Shown piece after piece: positions 1 to 9,614 of a DNA stretch of 64,000 nucleotides. This stretch comes from Dehalococcoidia bacterium UBA5748 (lineage in GTDB: Bacteria > Chloroflexota > Dehalococcoidia > Dehalococcoidales > UBA5627), in contig DIFM01000038.1 in assembly GCA_002419135.1 (NCBI GenBank), positions 1,922-65,921 of the forward strand. The letters run 5' to 3'. Every line of letters begins with the position of its first letter. The stretch's first letter is position 1. Both the position numbers and the translations under genes were made by a program. A model generated the notes under the pieces. It made no database searches, was not told the origin of the DNA, and saw only the letters and a list, made by a program, of their open reading frames with translations.

Positions 1-450
1 GCCCGTGACGAAACAGCTGATAAAATCGTAGGGCTCGAACTGGGAGCGGATGATTATATTACCAAGCCGTTCGATGCCAAGGAACTGGTATCACGTGTAA
101 AAGCAGTATTGCGCCGTTATGAAGTGGCTCTTAGCGCTACTCCGAATAAAATTTGTGCCGCAGATTTAACAATCGATATTGAGCGGCGGCTTGTAACCCG
201 GGGAGAGCAGAACATTGAACTGACCCCTATCGAATTCGACCTTTTGCAACTGCTTGCCAGACATCCGGGGCGGGTATTCAGCCGAATGCACCTACTCGAC
301 AGCATCCAGGGAGATGCTTACGACGGCTATGAACGCACCATCGATAGCCATATCAAGAATCTGCGTAAGAAAATAGAACCGGAGCCGGAAAAACCCGTAT
401 ACATTATCACTGTTTACGGTGTGGGATATAAAATGGGGGCCGGCGCGTGA
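1..450 (+). CDS. OmpR/PhoB-type response regulator, 5'-truncated by window edge
   Basis: Frame 1 is open from base 1 (…GLELGADDYITKPFDAKELV is the end of a receiver domain). It continues into a winged-helix output domain (LTPIEFDLLQLLARHPGRVFSR…YGVGYKM). GTGA overlap with the next gene. Confidence 0.85.
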   Translation, partial: ARDETADKIVGLELGADDYITKPFDAKELVSRVKAVLRRYEVALSATPNKICAADLTIDIERRLVTRGEQNIELTPIEFDLLQLLARHPGRVFSRMHLLDSIQGDAYDGYERTIDSHIKNLRKKIEPEPEKPVYIITVYGVGYKMGAGA

Positions 451-1880
451 ATAGGCTTGGCTGGAAGCTGACCGGAACGATTTTACTGGTGGTCGCCGTC
501 TGTATCAGCTTAATGGCAATTATGGTCAATCTTATCACTACCAGCGAGTTCAACCGGTATGTCAGCCAGAGTAATATGTCCCGCATACAAAACATCGCAG
601 ACAGTATCGGAGACTTTTACAACACAGAAAAAAACTGGGCGGAGATAGATGAAGTTATAGATACACTGGTGTGGTCGGCTAATGCCCGCATAGTAGTAGC
701 CGATAATTCCGGTGTGATTGTTGGCGATAGCGAGAATGAATGGCTGGCTGAATATTCTGATGCTGTCGGGCTGGATAACGGAACACCGATAACAGTTTCC
801 GGCAATTCGGTAGGAGAGTTATTTGTTTTTACTTCTACAAACGGGAGCGGAAAGGGTTCCGGACATATGGGAGGACAGGGGCAACAATGGGTCCAATACA
901 CCGATAATTCAAATATGATTCTCGATATCACTCAACAGGATTTCATAGAGCAGGTAAACAGAGCCATCTGGATATCCGCGATAATTGGTATTGCAGTTGC
1001 CCTCATTCTCGGTTTTCTGTTGACACAATACCTGATTAATCCCATCAAAGCGCTGACCGGCGGCGCCGGCCATATTGCGGGTGGCGACCTGGGGTACAGA
1101 GTAAAAGTAAGTTCGGGAGATGAAATAGGCGAATTAACAGAGACCTTTAATACTATGGCTTCAAGATTGGAAGCGAGTGAGCAAACACGAAAACAACTTA
1201 TGGCTGATATAACGCATGAATTAAAGACGCCGCTGACGGTCATCGGAGGCACGGTAGACGGTATTATAGACGGTGTTTTCAATCCGGATTTAAAACATTT
1301 GGGAACCATAAAAGAACAAACTGTCATGCTCACAAGATTAATCGAAGACCTGCGCGATATCTCTCTGGCAGAAACAGGGCAACTCAAGCTGGAAAAGACC
1401 TATTCAGATATCTCTGAACTGACCGGGCAGGTTGTCATGCAATTCGAAAAATCAGCCGCTGAAAAAGGGCTACAGCTGCAATTTAATGATATGCCGGCTC
1501 TTCCCAAACTGCTGATCGACCCGGCACGTATAAAACAGGCTATTACCAACCTGCTTACCAACGCCATACGGCACACCCCCGCAAACGGTACGATTTCAAT
1601 TTCGATTGAAGACAGAAATAAGAGTGAGCATTTCGGCAAAAAACACATCCTTATAAGCGTTTCCGATACGGGAGAAGGCATCCCTCCTGAGCATTTGCCA
1701 CATATCTTCGACAGATTCTACAGGGCAAAAACAGCCCGCTCAAGAAACGACGGGGGGACAGGCTTGGGGCTTGCCATTGCCAGCCAGATGATACAGGCGC
1801 ACGGTGGAAGCCTGTGGGTGGAAAGCGAACCGGGAACCGGGAGCACTTTTTTCATAGCACTGCCGATCGATATAGGCTGA
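447..1880 (+). CDS. sensor histidine kinase (TM-HAMP-HisKA-HATPase_c)
   Basis: N-terminal TM helix and HAMP-like segment. H-box ITHELKTPLT, N-box LTNAIRHTP, G-boxes DTGEGIP and GTGLGLAIA. Coupled to the upstream regulator. Confidence 0.9.
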   Translation: MNRLGWKLTGTILLVVAVCISLMAIMVNLITTSEFNRYVSQSNMSRIQNIADSIGDFYNTEKNWAEIDEVIDTLVWSANARIVVADNSGVIVGDSENEWLAEYSDAVGLDNGTPITVSGNSVGELFVFTSTNGSGKGSGHMGGQGQQWVQYTDNSNMILDITQQDFIEQVNRAIWISAIIGIAVALILGFLLTQYLINPIKALTGGAGHIAGGDLGYRVKVSSGDEIGELTETFNTMASRLEASEQTRKQLMADITHELKTPLTVIGGTVDGIIDGVFNPDLKHLGTIKEQTVMLTRLIEDLRDISLAETGQLKLEKTYSDISELTGQVVMQFEKSAAEKGLQLQFNDMPALPKLLIDPARIKQAITNLLTNAIRHTPANGTISISIEDRNKSEHFGKKHILISVSDTGEGIPPEHLPHIFDRFYRAKTARSRNDGGTGLGLAIASQMIQAHGGSLWVESEPGTGSTFFIALPIDIG

Positions 1881-2135
1881 AAAGGTTATATCAAAAAGAT
1901 TTCGATTGACGGTGATTCACAGTTATAAAAGCGACGTATTGCCACATAGTCGTATTTTTATCTAACGACCGAATTCGCCACGACTTTCGATAGACATATA
2001 TATCATTCCTCTTTCCCGCATAAAAAGACGGATTATTTTCAATTCCCTGTTTTTTACCCTATCCTCAGCCCTAACCCTGCGTTATATATATTAGAAAACA
2101 GAATAACACTATATATAATCAAAGGAGGAATCAAA

Positions 2136-2891
2136 ATGAGTAAAAAGTTGTTATCTGTGGTAGGCATTACCTTGGCATCGCTGGTACTTTTAGCCGTAGG
2201 CGCTTTCGGATTTGCGCTGTCTTCCGATAAAACGTCGACCGGCATAGTCAGCCAGCAAAATGTGGGCATATGGGTAAACGGCACAGGTGAAGTGACAGTT
2301 GTCCCCGATATTGCTGTTTTAAACCTGGGTGTTTATGTCCAAATGGATACGTTGGAAGCAGCTCAGGCGCAGGCAGCAGAATCCATGGCTGCCATTATGG
2401 CAGTGCTCGAAAGCTACGATATCGATGAAAAAGACATCCAAACGAGCAACTACAATGTTTCTCCCATGTGGAATTGGGACAAGGATGGTAACAGATTCTT
2501 ATCCGGCTATTATGTATCAAATACGGTTACCGTTAAAGTCAGGAATACCGACGATACCGGCAGCCTTATCGATGCCGTGGTTGACGCCGGCGGCGAATAC
2601 ACTGTTATCAACGGCATAAGTTTTACGGTTGACGATACTGAGGCTTACTATACCGAAGCCCGCGCCAAAGCGATTGCCAACGCCATAGCCAAAGCGACTC
2701 AGATTGCCGAATTAACCGGTGTTACCCTCGGCGACCCGAATTATATTGTAGATAACAGCAGCAACTATGGTCCCATCTACTACTATCCGGCTTATGATAA
2801 AGAAAGACCCGACGGGCAAGCGCCTACCATCATCAGCACCGGCGAAGTCAAAATATCCACCGGCATACAAATAGTATTCGATATCAATTAG
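2136..2891 (+). CDS. SIMPL/DUF541-family secreted protein
   Basis: Signal/TM segment followed by SIMPL-like sequence (…VSPMWNWDKDG…GYYVSNTVTVKVRN…). AAAGGAGG Shine-Dalgarno 6 nt upstream. Confidence 0.65.
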   Translation: MSKKLLSVVGITLASLVLLAVGAFGFALSSDKTSTGIVSQQNVGIWVNGTGEVTVVPDIAVLNLGVYVQMDTLEAAQAQAAESMAAIMAVLESYDIDEKDIQTSNYNVSPMWNWDKDGNRFLSGYYVSNTVTVKVRNTDDTGSLIDAVVDAGGEYTVINGISFTVDDTEAYYTEARAKAIANAIAKATQIAELTGVTLGDPNYIVDNSSNYGPIYYYPAYDKERPDGQAPTIISTGEVKISTGIQIVFDIN

Positions 2892-2930
2892 AAGATGAAA
2901 CAACGATAGATTAATAAGAAGTAAACGTCA

Positions 2931-2961
2931 GAGAGGCGGATTAAATAATCCGCCTCTCTTT
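2931..2961. terminator. bidirectional hairpin terminator between convergent genes
   Basis: Perfect 10-bp stem gagaggcgga / tccgcctctc with 8-nt loop, followed by ttt. Confidence 0.55.
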
Positions 2962-2988
2962 ATGAGAGAAAATTATAGAGCATAGCCA

Positions 2989-3378
2989 TTACAATCCGGC
3001 TTTTTCAAAAAGCAGATTCAGTACCGATTCGGCAGTCGCCAGGTTGGTTGCCAGCGCCGTATTGTGGACATCGCAAACGCGCAGAAGAGCAGAGATATCC
3101 GGTTCGTGCGGCTGTGCAAATAGAGGGTCGCGTAAAAAGATAACCGCTTCCAGTTTTCCCTCCGCCACCATAGCACCCACCTGCTGGTCGCCGCCCATCG
3201 GACCGCTCTGCAGCAGAGTTACCGGTATTCCGGTGTTATCCTTTATGAGCTGTCCGGTTGTTTTGGTAGCCACAAGATTAAAATTCGACAGCTTTTCCTT
3301 ATTCTTTTTCACCAACTCGACTATAGCTCCCTTTTTGGCGTCGTGAGCAACCATTGCAATAGTATATTCTTTCATCAT
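2989..3378 (-). CDS. mgsA: methylglyoxal synthase
   Basis: VAHDAKK, GPMGGDQQVGAMV and FLRDPLFAQPHEPDISALLRVCDVHN motifs typical of MgsA; about 129 aa. Confidence 0.85.
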   Translation of the reverse strand: MMKEYTIAMVAHDAKKGAIVELVKKNKEKLSNFNLVATKTTGQLIKDNTGIPVTLLQSGPMGGDQQVGAMVAEGKLEAVIFLRDPLFAQPHEPDISALLRVCDVHNTALATNLATAESVLNLLFEKAGL

Positions 3379-3470
3379 CTCACCCGTTTTTTAATCGTTG
3401 TACATATCCAAATCTACTATAAATTAAGAAAAGGGTCAAGAGAGAAACGGCAATAATAGCATAATTCCTG

Positions 3471-3516
3471 TTGACAAGCCGATTCGCTTACTATAGACTG
3501 TTAGCGTATTGCTAAC
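3471..3516 (+). promoter_or_regulatory. putative sigma70-type promoter plus palindromic MarR operator
   Basis: TTGACA at 3471-3476, TAnnnT-type -10 around 3492-3499. Followed immediately by inverted repeat GTTAGC-n5-GCTAAC (3500-3516), about 77 nt upstream of the marR-family start. Confidence 0.4.
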
Positions 3517-3592
3517 TAATTAAGTAACGATATAACCCCAATACATCTTAGTTGCAATCTTTACCAGCCTAAGTAAAAACGGTTTATAAGCA

Positions 3593-4075
3593 ATGAACAA
3601 AACAGAATTAATCCAGAAAGCGGTTAGTTTCCAAAAAGAAATCAATCGCCTGATAATGGGATACAGGACTGAAAAATGGCTTGCCTTGAATATTACTATT
3701 ACTCAGCTTAAGAGCTTAATCTATATCTATAATAAAGGAAAAGCCAGCTTTAAAGACCTTGCCGGAGCGCTCAATGTTTCACCACCTGTAGTTACCGGCA
3801 TTGTAGACAGATTAACATCACAAGATATTATCAAGCGCATAGGCAGTACCGACGACCGCCGTATACAATGGCTTACAATTACCGAGAAGGGGAAAAAGCT
3901 GTTAAATGATATCCGTCAGGATTCAAGCGAAGAGATGGTTAAAATGCTTGAGGTTTTAAGTGAAGAGGATATTGCTGCTTTGGTACAGGGGTTCAGCGCC
4001 CTGATGAAGAATGCTGAAAACAGCATTAAAGGTGGTGAGCGACTCGCCATTGCAACAAACAACAGGCAGTCCTGA
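3593..4075 (+). CDS. MarR-family transcriptional regulator
   Basis: Winged HTH pattern (…FKDLAGALNVSPPVVTGIVDRLTSQDIIKRIGSTDDRRIQWLTITEKGKKL…). Confidence 0.85.
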   Translation: MNKTELIQKAVSFQKEINRLIMGYRTEKWLALNITITQLKSLIYIYNKGKASFKDLAGALNVSPPVVTGIVDRLTSQDIIKRIGSTDDRRIQWLTITEKGKKLLNDIRQDSSEEMVKMLEVLSEEDIAALVQGFSALMKNAENSIKGGERLAIATNNRQS

Positions 4076-4112
4076 TGGCTGATTATAAAATATATATAGA
4101 GAGGTAAACATT

Positions 4113-4967
4113 ATGGCAGTAAAAATAGTAACCGACAGCAGCGCAGATATCCCACCGGAGCTATTAAAAGAATTTGACATCACCGTTGTTCCGCTGTACG
4201 TCAGATTTGGAAACGACGTATTCAAAGATAAAGTAGATATTTCCAATGAAGAGTTTTACAAAAGACTGGTAAGCGGCGATGTTTTTCCTGCCACCTCCCA
4301 GCCTCCCCCTCTCGACTTTAAGCAGGTTTACGAAGAATTGGCAAAGGATGCAGACGGCATAGTATCGGTGCATATTTCGGGAAAATTAAGCGGTACGACT
4401 CCATCGGCGCTGCAAGCTCGGGAATCCATGCAAAGCTCCTGCCCTATCGAAATAATCGATTCGCTCTCGATTACCAACGGACTGGGGATGGTGTGTCTCG
4501 AAGCTGCCAGAGCTGCCAAAACAGGCAAAAAAATGGAAGAGGTGGTAAAGATTGCCAGGGATGCAGTTCCTGAAATACATTTGATGGTCATTTTTGATAC
4601 CTTAAAATATCTGGCCAAAGGCGGACGTATCGGAAAGGCCAGTAGCCTGATGGGAGCCGTGTTGAATATCAAACCGCTTATCGGCTTGAAGGATGGCGAA
4701 GTCGTCCCTCTTGGGAAAGCACGCAGTTACTCCAAAGCTATGGAACAGCAATACGAATTCGTAGAGAAAACAATCAGGGAAGGCGATGTTAAAGAAATAT
4801 CCGTAATGTACAATACCAACAAAAATGCAGCCGATATACTTGCGGAGCGAATTGCTCCTCTCTATCCGAGAGAAAAGATACTAATGGGAGAAATCGGACC
4901 CATACTGGGAACTCACGGCGGACCGAATATGCTGGGGGTCTGCCTGCGAGGTAAGTTAGCAAAATAG
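4113..4967 (+). CDS. DegV-family fatty-acid-binding protein
   Basis: MAVKIVTDSSADIP…, TSQPPP and HISGKLSGT motifs; 284 aa, typical DegV. Confidence 0.9.
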   Translation: MAVKIVTDSSADIPPELLKEFDITVVPLYVRFGNDVFKDKVDISNEEFYKRLVSGDVFPATSQPPPLDFKQVYEELAKDADGIVSVHISGKLSGTTPSALQARESMQSSCPIEIIDSLSITNGLGMVCLEAARAAKTGKKMEEVVKIARDAVPEIHLMVIFDTLKYLAKGGRIGKASSLMGAVLNIKPLIGLKDGEVVPLGKARSYSKAMEQQYEFVEKTIREGDVKEISVMYNTNKNAADILAERIAPLYPREKILMGEIGPILGTHGGPNMLGVCLRGKLAK

Positions 4968-5010
4968 ACAATGCTGATGTTTTAAGACACAGTTTGCACT
5001 TAAATTGTCA

Positions 5011-5045
5011 TACCCCCTGCTTTATTGAACAGGGGGTATTTTTAT
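5011..5045. terminator. hairpin terminator between convergent genes
   Basis: Stem taccccctg / cagggggta with 10-nt loop, then T-run (tttttat). Confidence 0.6.
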
Positions 5046-5061
5046 CATATCGGCGATTTTA

Positions 5062-5721
5062 CTATAAATCCCCACCTCTTAATTCATCTATGAACGGTTG
5101 ATATGCTAAACTGACCGCGTCATCATCCGGCAGACGGGCGCAAATAACGAGATTGTAGTAATCCTGGGCTATTTGTCCCTGTTGTTCTCGGTTGTAATCA
5201 CGGAAGTGCTTCCCGACAGACCAATCCTGTGCCAGTCGTTGCCAGCCACCGTAATTATAACCTTCGTTCATCTGCGCCCGTAATGCCTGCGGAATATAGG
5301 CACAGCCGATTTTCTCAAACTGAAAAACGTGCACCAGTTCATGCACAACCAGAGATAAATCGGTTCTTGAACACCCGCTTTTCTTGGGAAAATTAATGGT
5401 ATGAAAAAGGGTAAAGGCCCGGTTGCGGTTAAATTTGAATATTACAGAAAGGATTCTGCCTTCGGCAACCCTTACCCTTTCATAGCTGATTGCATTTGTA
5501 CCCAGAACAGTTGACGCAGCGGACAATTCGGAAGACTTGAGAATACTGACAGAGGTTAGTAAATGCCAGATTTTCTCAAACACCAGCGGGGCACGGATTT
5601 TATCCAATAACCTGCAAAACGTTTCCATAATTTTAGACCCTTGGCGATACACGCCGAATACGCTAATACTATTATCCGCGCCGTACGCTGTCAAGATAAC
5701 AAACAGGTTTTCATTTTTCAA
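5062..5721 (-). CDS. DUF4157-like HExxH zinc-metallopeptidase-domain protein
   Basis: …YERVRVAEG…RAFTLFHTINFP…LVVHELVHVFQFE… matches the DUF4157 pattern (xRAFTxxxxIxF…HELxHVxQ). Confidence 0.5.
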   Translation of the reverse strand: MKNENLFVILTAYGADNSISVFGVYRQGSKIMETFCRLLDKIRAPLVFEKIWHLLTSVSILKSSELSAASTVLGTNAISYERVRVAEGRILSVIFKFNRNRAFTLFHTINFPKKSGCSRTDLSLVVHELVHVFQFEKIGCAYIPQALRAQMNEGYNYGGWQRLAQDWSVGKHFRDYNREQQGQIAQDYYNLVICARLPDDDAVSLAYQPFIDELRGGDL

Positions 5722-5834
5722 AAAGATAGCGTTGTAGACATCCTATTTCTATGATTAGTTTTTACGAAAAATATATTGCTATAGGAATGGAATATAGAAT
5801 ATAATCAAAAACAACATTTTACGGGAGAATATTT

Positions 5835-6590
5835 ATGGAAGTAAAAGAAAATCCGCCGCGTCGCACTGCCTTGGTATGGATGGGAGTTGCGGTTATAGGG
5901 ATAATCGTCATTTTTTTACCCGGGATTATAGGAATGGACGGATTCGAAGGCGGCTATGCGGTTTCAGTCGCGGGGGTTCTTATATTTCTGACCGGATTGA
6001 TTGCGGGTTTGCTCTATTTCAAACTGGCTAAAAGTGTCGATTCAATAATACGCAGTGAAAAGGTACTGGCACACTGGACATATACCCCGGAACAATGGAG
6101 GCAGTATACAGAGGAGGAGCATAAAGATAATGCTGCCGGCAAGTGGGGTCTCTTTATGTTAATCGCGGGCATCGCTGTTGTCATCGGTATAATTTTAGCC
6201 ATTATCATAGGAGAAGATTTTCTATTAATTGCTCTGATAATCCTTGGAATAATCGCCGTTGCAGCACTGGCTGCTTTTTTCTCTACTACCGGCTCTTACC
6301 GCTATAATAAAAAACACCACGGGGAAGTTTATATTACGCCTGACGGGGTTTATTTCAACCGCCAGATGCATATTTGGAAAGGTTCGGGAAACAGGCTCGA
6401 GGAGGTTTTTTTCGATAATGAAAGAACCGCACTTTCGCGGCTCACTATTACATACTCTGCCCTAGCCGCTTACAAACGCAATTACTGGACATTAAGAATA
6501 CCGGTTCCGCCCGGCGAGGAGGATAATGCACAAAGTATTGTCAATCGGATAGGGCAAACACACCTGCAATCCGGCGGCAACTATATTTAA
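5835..6590 (+). CDS. hypothetical integral membrane protein
   Basis: Long ORF with four hydrophobic helices; no recognisable domain. Confidence 0.5.
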   Translation: MEVKENPPRRTALVWMGVAVIGIIVIFLPGIIGMDGFEGGYAVSVAGVLIFLTGLIAGLLYFKLAKSVDSIIRSEKVLAHWTYTPEQWRQYTEEEHKDNAAGKWGLFMLIAGIAVVIGIILAIIIGEDFLLIALIILGIIAVAALAAFFSTTGSYRYNKKHHGEVYITPDGVYFNRQMHIWKGSGNRLEEVFFDNERTALSRLTITYSALAAYKRNYWTLRIPVPPGEEDNAQSIVNRIGQTHLQSGGNYI

Positions 6591-6673
6591 ACAATGCCGA
6601 CAGATGTGGTTAAAAAGACGATCTATAACAAAAAGGGTTAGATTGCTTTCTAAATAATTATAAGGAGGGGGGA

Positions 6674-8140
6674 ATGGGAGTGACCAAGAAATTTACAATT
6701 CTGCATTCAAACGATATGCACGGTGATTTCTTAACCGAAGTCAAGGAAGGCTCTAAAAGCCTTATCGGAGGGCTGGCGCTATTATCCGGATACGTCAATA
6801 AAGTCAGGCATGAAGAAAAAAATGTGCTTTATGTAATTTCCGGAGACATGCTGCAGGGCTCACTGATAGATTCGGAATATCGGGGCATATCCACTATGGA
6901 AATAATGAATTACCTGGCTCCCGATGCCGTTTCCCTCGGCAATCATGAATTCGATTACGGTTTGCCGCAACTGCTCTTTTTAGAAAAAATGGCTAATTTC
7001 CCAATCGTCACCGCCAATATTTACATAGAAAAATACGGTAAGAGGCTAATGAGGCCTTACCTGATTATAAAGATGGACGGATTCGACATTATGTTTATGG
7101 GCATAATAACAGAAAAGGTTATCGATTCCTTAAGAAACGACAAATTGGTTGGCAGCTTCATCTCTCTGGAAGATGCCGCTCACGAGGTAGGTGTTATCAC
7201 CGATGCCTATAAAAATGACGATATCGACCTGACGATACTGCTGACGCATATCGGTTACGAATCCGATATCGAGCTGGCAAAACTTTTAAAACCGGAGTGG
7301 GGCGTCGATATCATCATCGGCGGTCATTCGCATACTATACTGAAGCAACCGACAACCGTTAATAATGTTCTTATATCGCAGGCTGGAGTCGGCACCGACC
7401 AAATCGGTAGATTCGACATCACAGTTGATGATGATACCAACAGTATTGTCGAATGGAAATGGCAACTCATACCAATCGAAGAGGGTATTGCCGAACCGGA
7501 TATGAAGTTAAAGGACTATATCGACAGTTACGCCGGCGAAATTGACCGCAAGTATAATGCTATCATCTGTAAATTTTCCGACGTTATGACACACCCCTGC
7601 CGGGAGGTTGAAACCTCATTGGGCAACCTCTTTGCCGACGCACTGGCAGAAATTGCGCAGTGCGATATTATGCTGATCGGCTCCGGTTCAATTCGCAGTA
7701 AAGTGCTTGGACCTGCCGTTACTTTAAAGGATTACCGCTCCTGTTTTCCGTTCAAAGATTACCTGTCGCGTTTTATAATCACCGGAGCGCAGTTGAAGCG
7801 TATTTTTGCCCATATCATGCGTCCCGAAAACCGTGACGGCGAAGGAGAATGCTACCAGGTGAACGGTAAAATTCGTGCTGTTTATAACGATATTGCACAT
7901 GACTTGTTTTCTCTGGAATTTGAGGGGCAGCCTGTTGAGGACGAGCGCAAGTATTCTATAGGACTTATCGGATACCATGTTTCCAACTCGGCGGCTAATC
8001 TGGATATAACAAATGAAGAACTGACAATCCATGGGAAATCCAAGGTAGTCGCAACTTCCGTTCCGGAAGTGCTTGAAGAATACCTGAAATACCACCAGAA
8101 TATCGGATGTCATGTCGAAGGTAGGCTTGTTTACCGGTAA
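6674..8140 (+). CDS. bifunctional metallophosphatase/5'-nucleotidase
   Basis: Calcineurin-like motifs ILHSNDMHGD, GNHEFDYG and GGHSHT, plus a C-terminal 5'-nucleotidase domain. AAGGAGGGG SD. Confidence 0.85.
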   Translation: MGVTKKFTILHSNDMHGDFLTEVKEGSKSLIGGLALLSGYVNKVRHEEKNVLYVISGDMLQGSLIDSEYRGISTMEIMNYLAPDAVSLGNHEFDYGLPQLLFLEKMANFPIVTANIYIEKYGKRLMRPYLIIKMDGFDIMFMGIITEKVIDSLRNDKLVGSFISLEDAAHEVGVITDAYKNDDIDLTILLTHIGYESDIELAKLLKPEWGVDIIIGGHSHTILKQPTTVNNVLISQAGVGTDQIGRFDITVDDDTNSIVEWKWQLIPIEEGIAEPDMKLKDYIDSYAGEIDRKYNAIICKFSDVMTHPCREVETSLGNLFADALAEIAQCDIMLIGSGSIRSKVLGPAVTLKDYRSCFPFKDYLSRFIITGAQLKRIFAHIMRPENRDGEGECYQVNGKIRAVYNDIAHDLFSLEFEGQPVEDERKYSIGLIGYHVSNSAANLDITNEELTIHGKSKVVATSVPEVLEEYLKYHQNIGCHVEGRLVYR

Positions 8141-8146
8141 ATATAT

Positions 8147-8168
8147 ATCCCGACCACATGGTCGGGAT
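8147..8168. terminator. hairpin between convergent genes
   Basis: Perfect 9-bp stem atcccgacc / ggtcgggat with 4-nt loop; no strong T-run. Confidence 0.35.
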
Positions 8169-8204
8169 ACAATGACAATTCGTATACAGCTTATTGTAAA
8201 TGGG

Positions 8205-8981
8205 CTATTTTATCAGCCCCACTTTCCTTAATGTCTCGGCTACCTGCTGTTGATGAGCATCGTTTATTTCAAATTTATATTTTTCGGTCATGGTCTCTAT
8301 TTCCAGCGGCCTGGTGGTTTTTTCATCGTCATCTCCGCCACCGAACCCCCCCTTAAATCCAACGCTGAAAGCCCCTTTATTGAACAGTACCTTATCCGGT
8401 TTAAACTTTACTTTGCGAATCTGATTGATATATACGGCAAAATTAGCCGGATTTTCCTGTAGCGCCACATCCGGCGGCAGTTGCAGATAGCGTTGCCATA
8501 AAGTATAACCACTGCCCATTGCCGTAAAGAAACCTCCCACTCCCTGTCCGCGATGCCTGGAAGCCTCTTCTTTTATCATCTCTGAGGTTAAAAGAGCACA
8601 AATCATACGGTGATTGGTCACAACTATATTGAAGGTATCCGACATAATCAGATTTTTCTTTTTCATAGCATTAGGTATAACTCCGATTACCACTTCTCCG
8701 GGAATCGGGCCTGCCGGCGGCTGATAACCGTAACCTGGTACTGCCTGCGGCGGCGCATAGTATCCCTGTTGCGGTGGATACTGCGGCTGCTGATAAACCG
8801 GAGACTGTTGCGGGGCCTGAGGCGGCGGCTGAGTGTTACCTGGTGGAGGCTGATAGGCAGGGGGTGAAACGGTTTCCTCTATATTTATACTGGCTACAGG
8901 GGCACCGCAACCGGCACAAAACTTTGCTTTTGCTCCCAATGGCTGACCGCAATTCGTACAAAAATTCCTTACAGGATTCAT
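8205..8981 (-). CDS. zinc-ribbon protein with Pro/Gln-rich linker
   Basis: N-terminal CxxC-n10-CxxC (CTNCGQPLGAKAKFCAGCG), then a P/Q/Y-rich low-complexity stretch, then a globular C-terminal domain of unknown function. Confidence 0.6.
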   Translation of the reverse strand: MNPVRNFCTNCGQPLGAKAKFCAGCGAPVASINIEETVSPPAYQPPPGNTQPPPQAPQQSPVYQQPQYPPQQGYYAPPQAVPGYGYQPPAGPIPGEVVIGVIPNAMKKKNLIMSDTFNIVVTNHRMICALLTSEMIKEEASRHRGQGVGGFFTAMGSGYTLWQRYLQLPPDVALQENPANFAVYINQIRKVKFKPDKVLFNKGAFSVGFKGGFGGGDDDEKTTRPLEIETMTEKYKFEINDAHQQQVAETLRKVGLIK

Positions 8982-9175
8982 GTAGCACCTCTCCTTACTA
9001 TAGTACTTAATTATTGCATATAATTTTTAAGCGCGCAATGGATTTTGTCTATTATATTCAAAATTTAATACAAGGCATGACAGCTAACACACCATATCTT
9101 CCAAAGGTGAATATAAGAGGTAAAAAGGTTGTTTATTTTCCTATATCCAATCTTAGCTTGGTTAACACCCGACTT

Positions 9176-9613
9176 TTAAACACAGTCGACTTCTTTCTGG
9201 CTCAATATCTTAATACCGGCTTTTTGCAATGCAAGAATACTGCCTTCCGTATCCGATGGACGAATAATGACACATGCTTCTTCAATATTGCTCCGGTAGA
9301 ACGAATAACTGTATTCAATGGAAATATCCGCTTCATCCAGAGCAGCCATCACTTTCGCCAGCCCCATAGGTTTATGAGGCACGCGAACGCAGATAACTCT
9401 ATTAGTCTTGGCTATATAGCCGGCTTGATGCAATACATTCAGAGTACTTTCTATGTCATCGCTTTTCACAATAATGCGTACTATACCGAAACCGCTGGTA
9501 TCCGCAATAGTAAGCGCCAGCAGATTGACTTCATTTTCTCCAAGTAGTTCTGTCATATTACGCAGTGCACCGCGTACATTTTCCAAAAATACCGAAATCT
9601 GCGAAATAAACAT
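9176..9613 (-). CDS. ACT-domain protein
   Basis: Tandem ACT-like pattern (MFISQISVFLENVRGALRNMTELL…). I prefer the ATG at 9613 preceded by AAGGAGG. The track ORF start at 9694 would overlap paaK. Confidence 0.8.
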   Translation of the reverse strand: MFISQISVFLENVRGALRNMTELLGENEVNLLALTIADTSGFGIVRIIVKSDDIESTLNVLHQAGYIAKTNRVICVRVPHKPMGLAKVMAALDEADISIEYSYSFYRSNIEEACVIIRPSDTEGSILALQKAGIKILSQKEVDCV

Positions 9614-9614
9614 A

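Noticed and set aside
9014-9547. 177-aa plus-strand ORF
   Set aside because: It is antisense shadow of the ACT-domain gene with low-complexity, Ile/Phe/Asn-rich translation, no SD and no domain.
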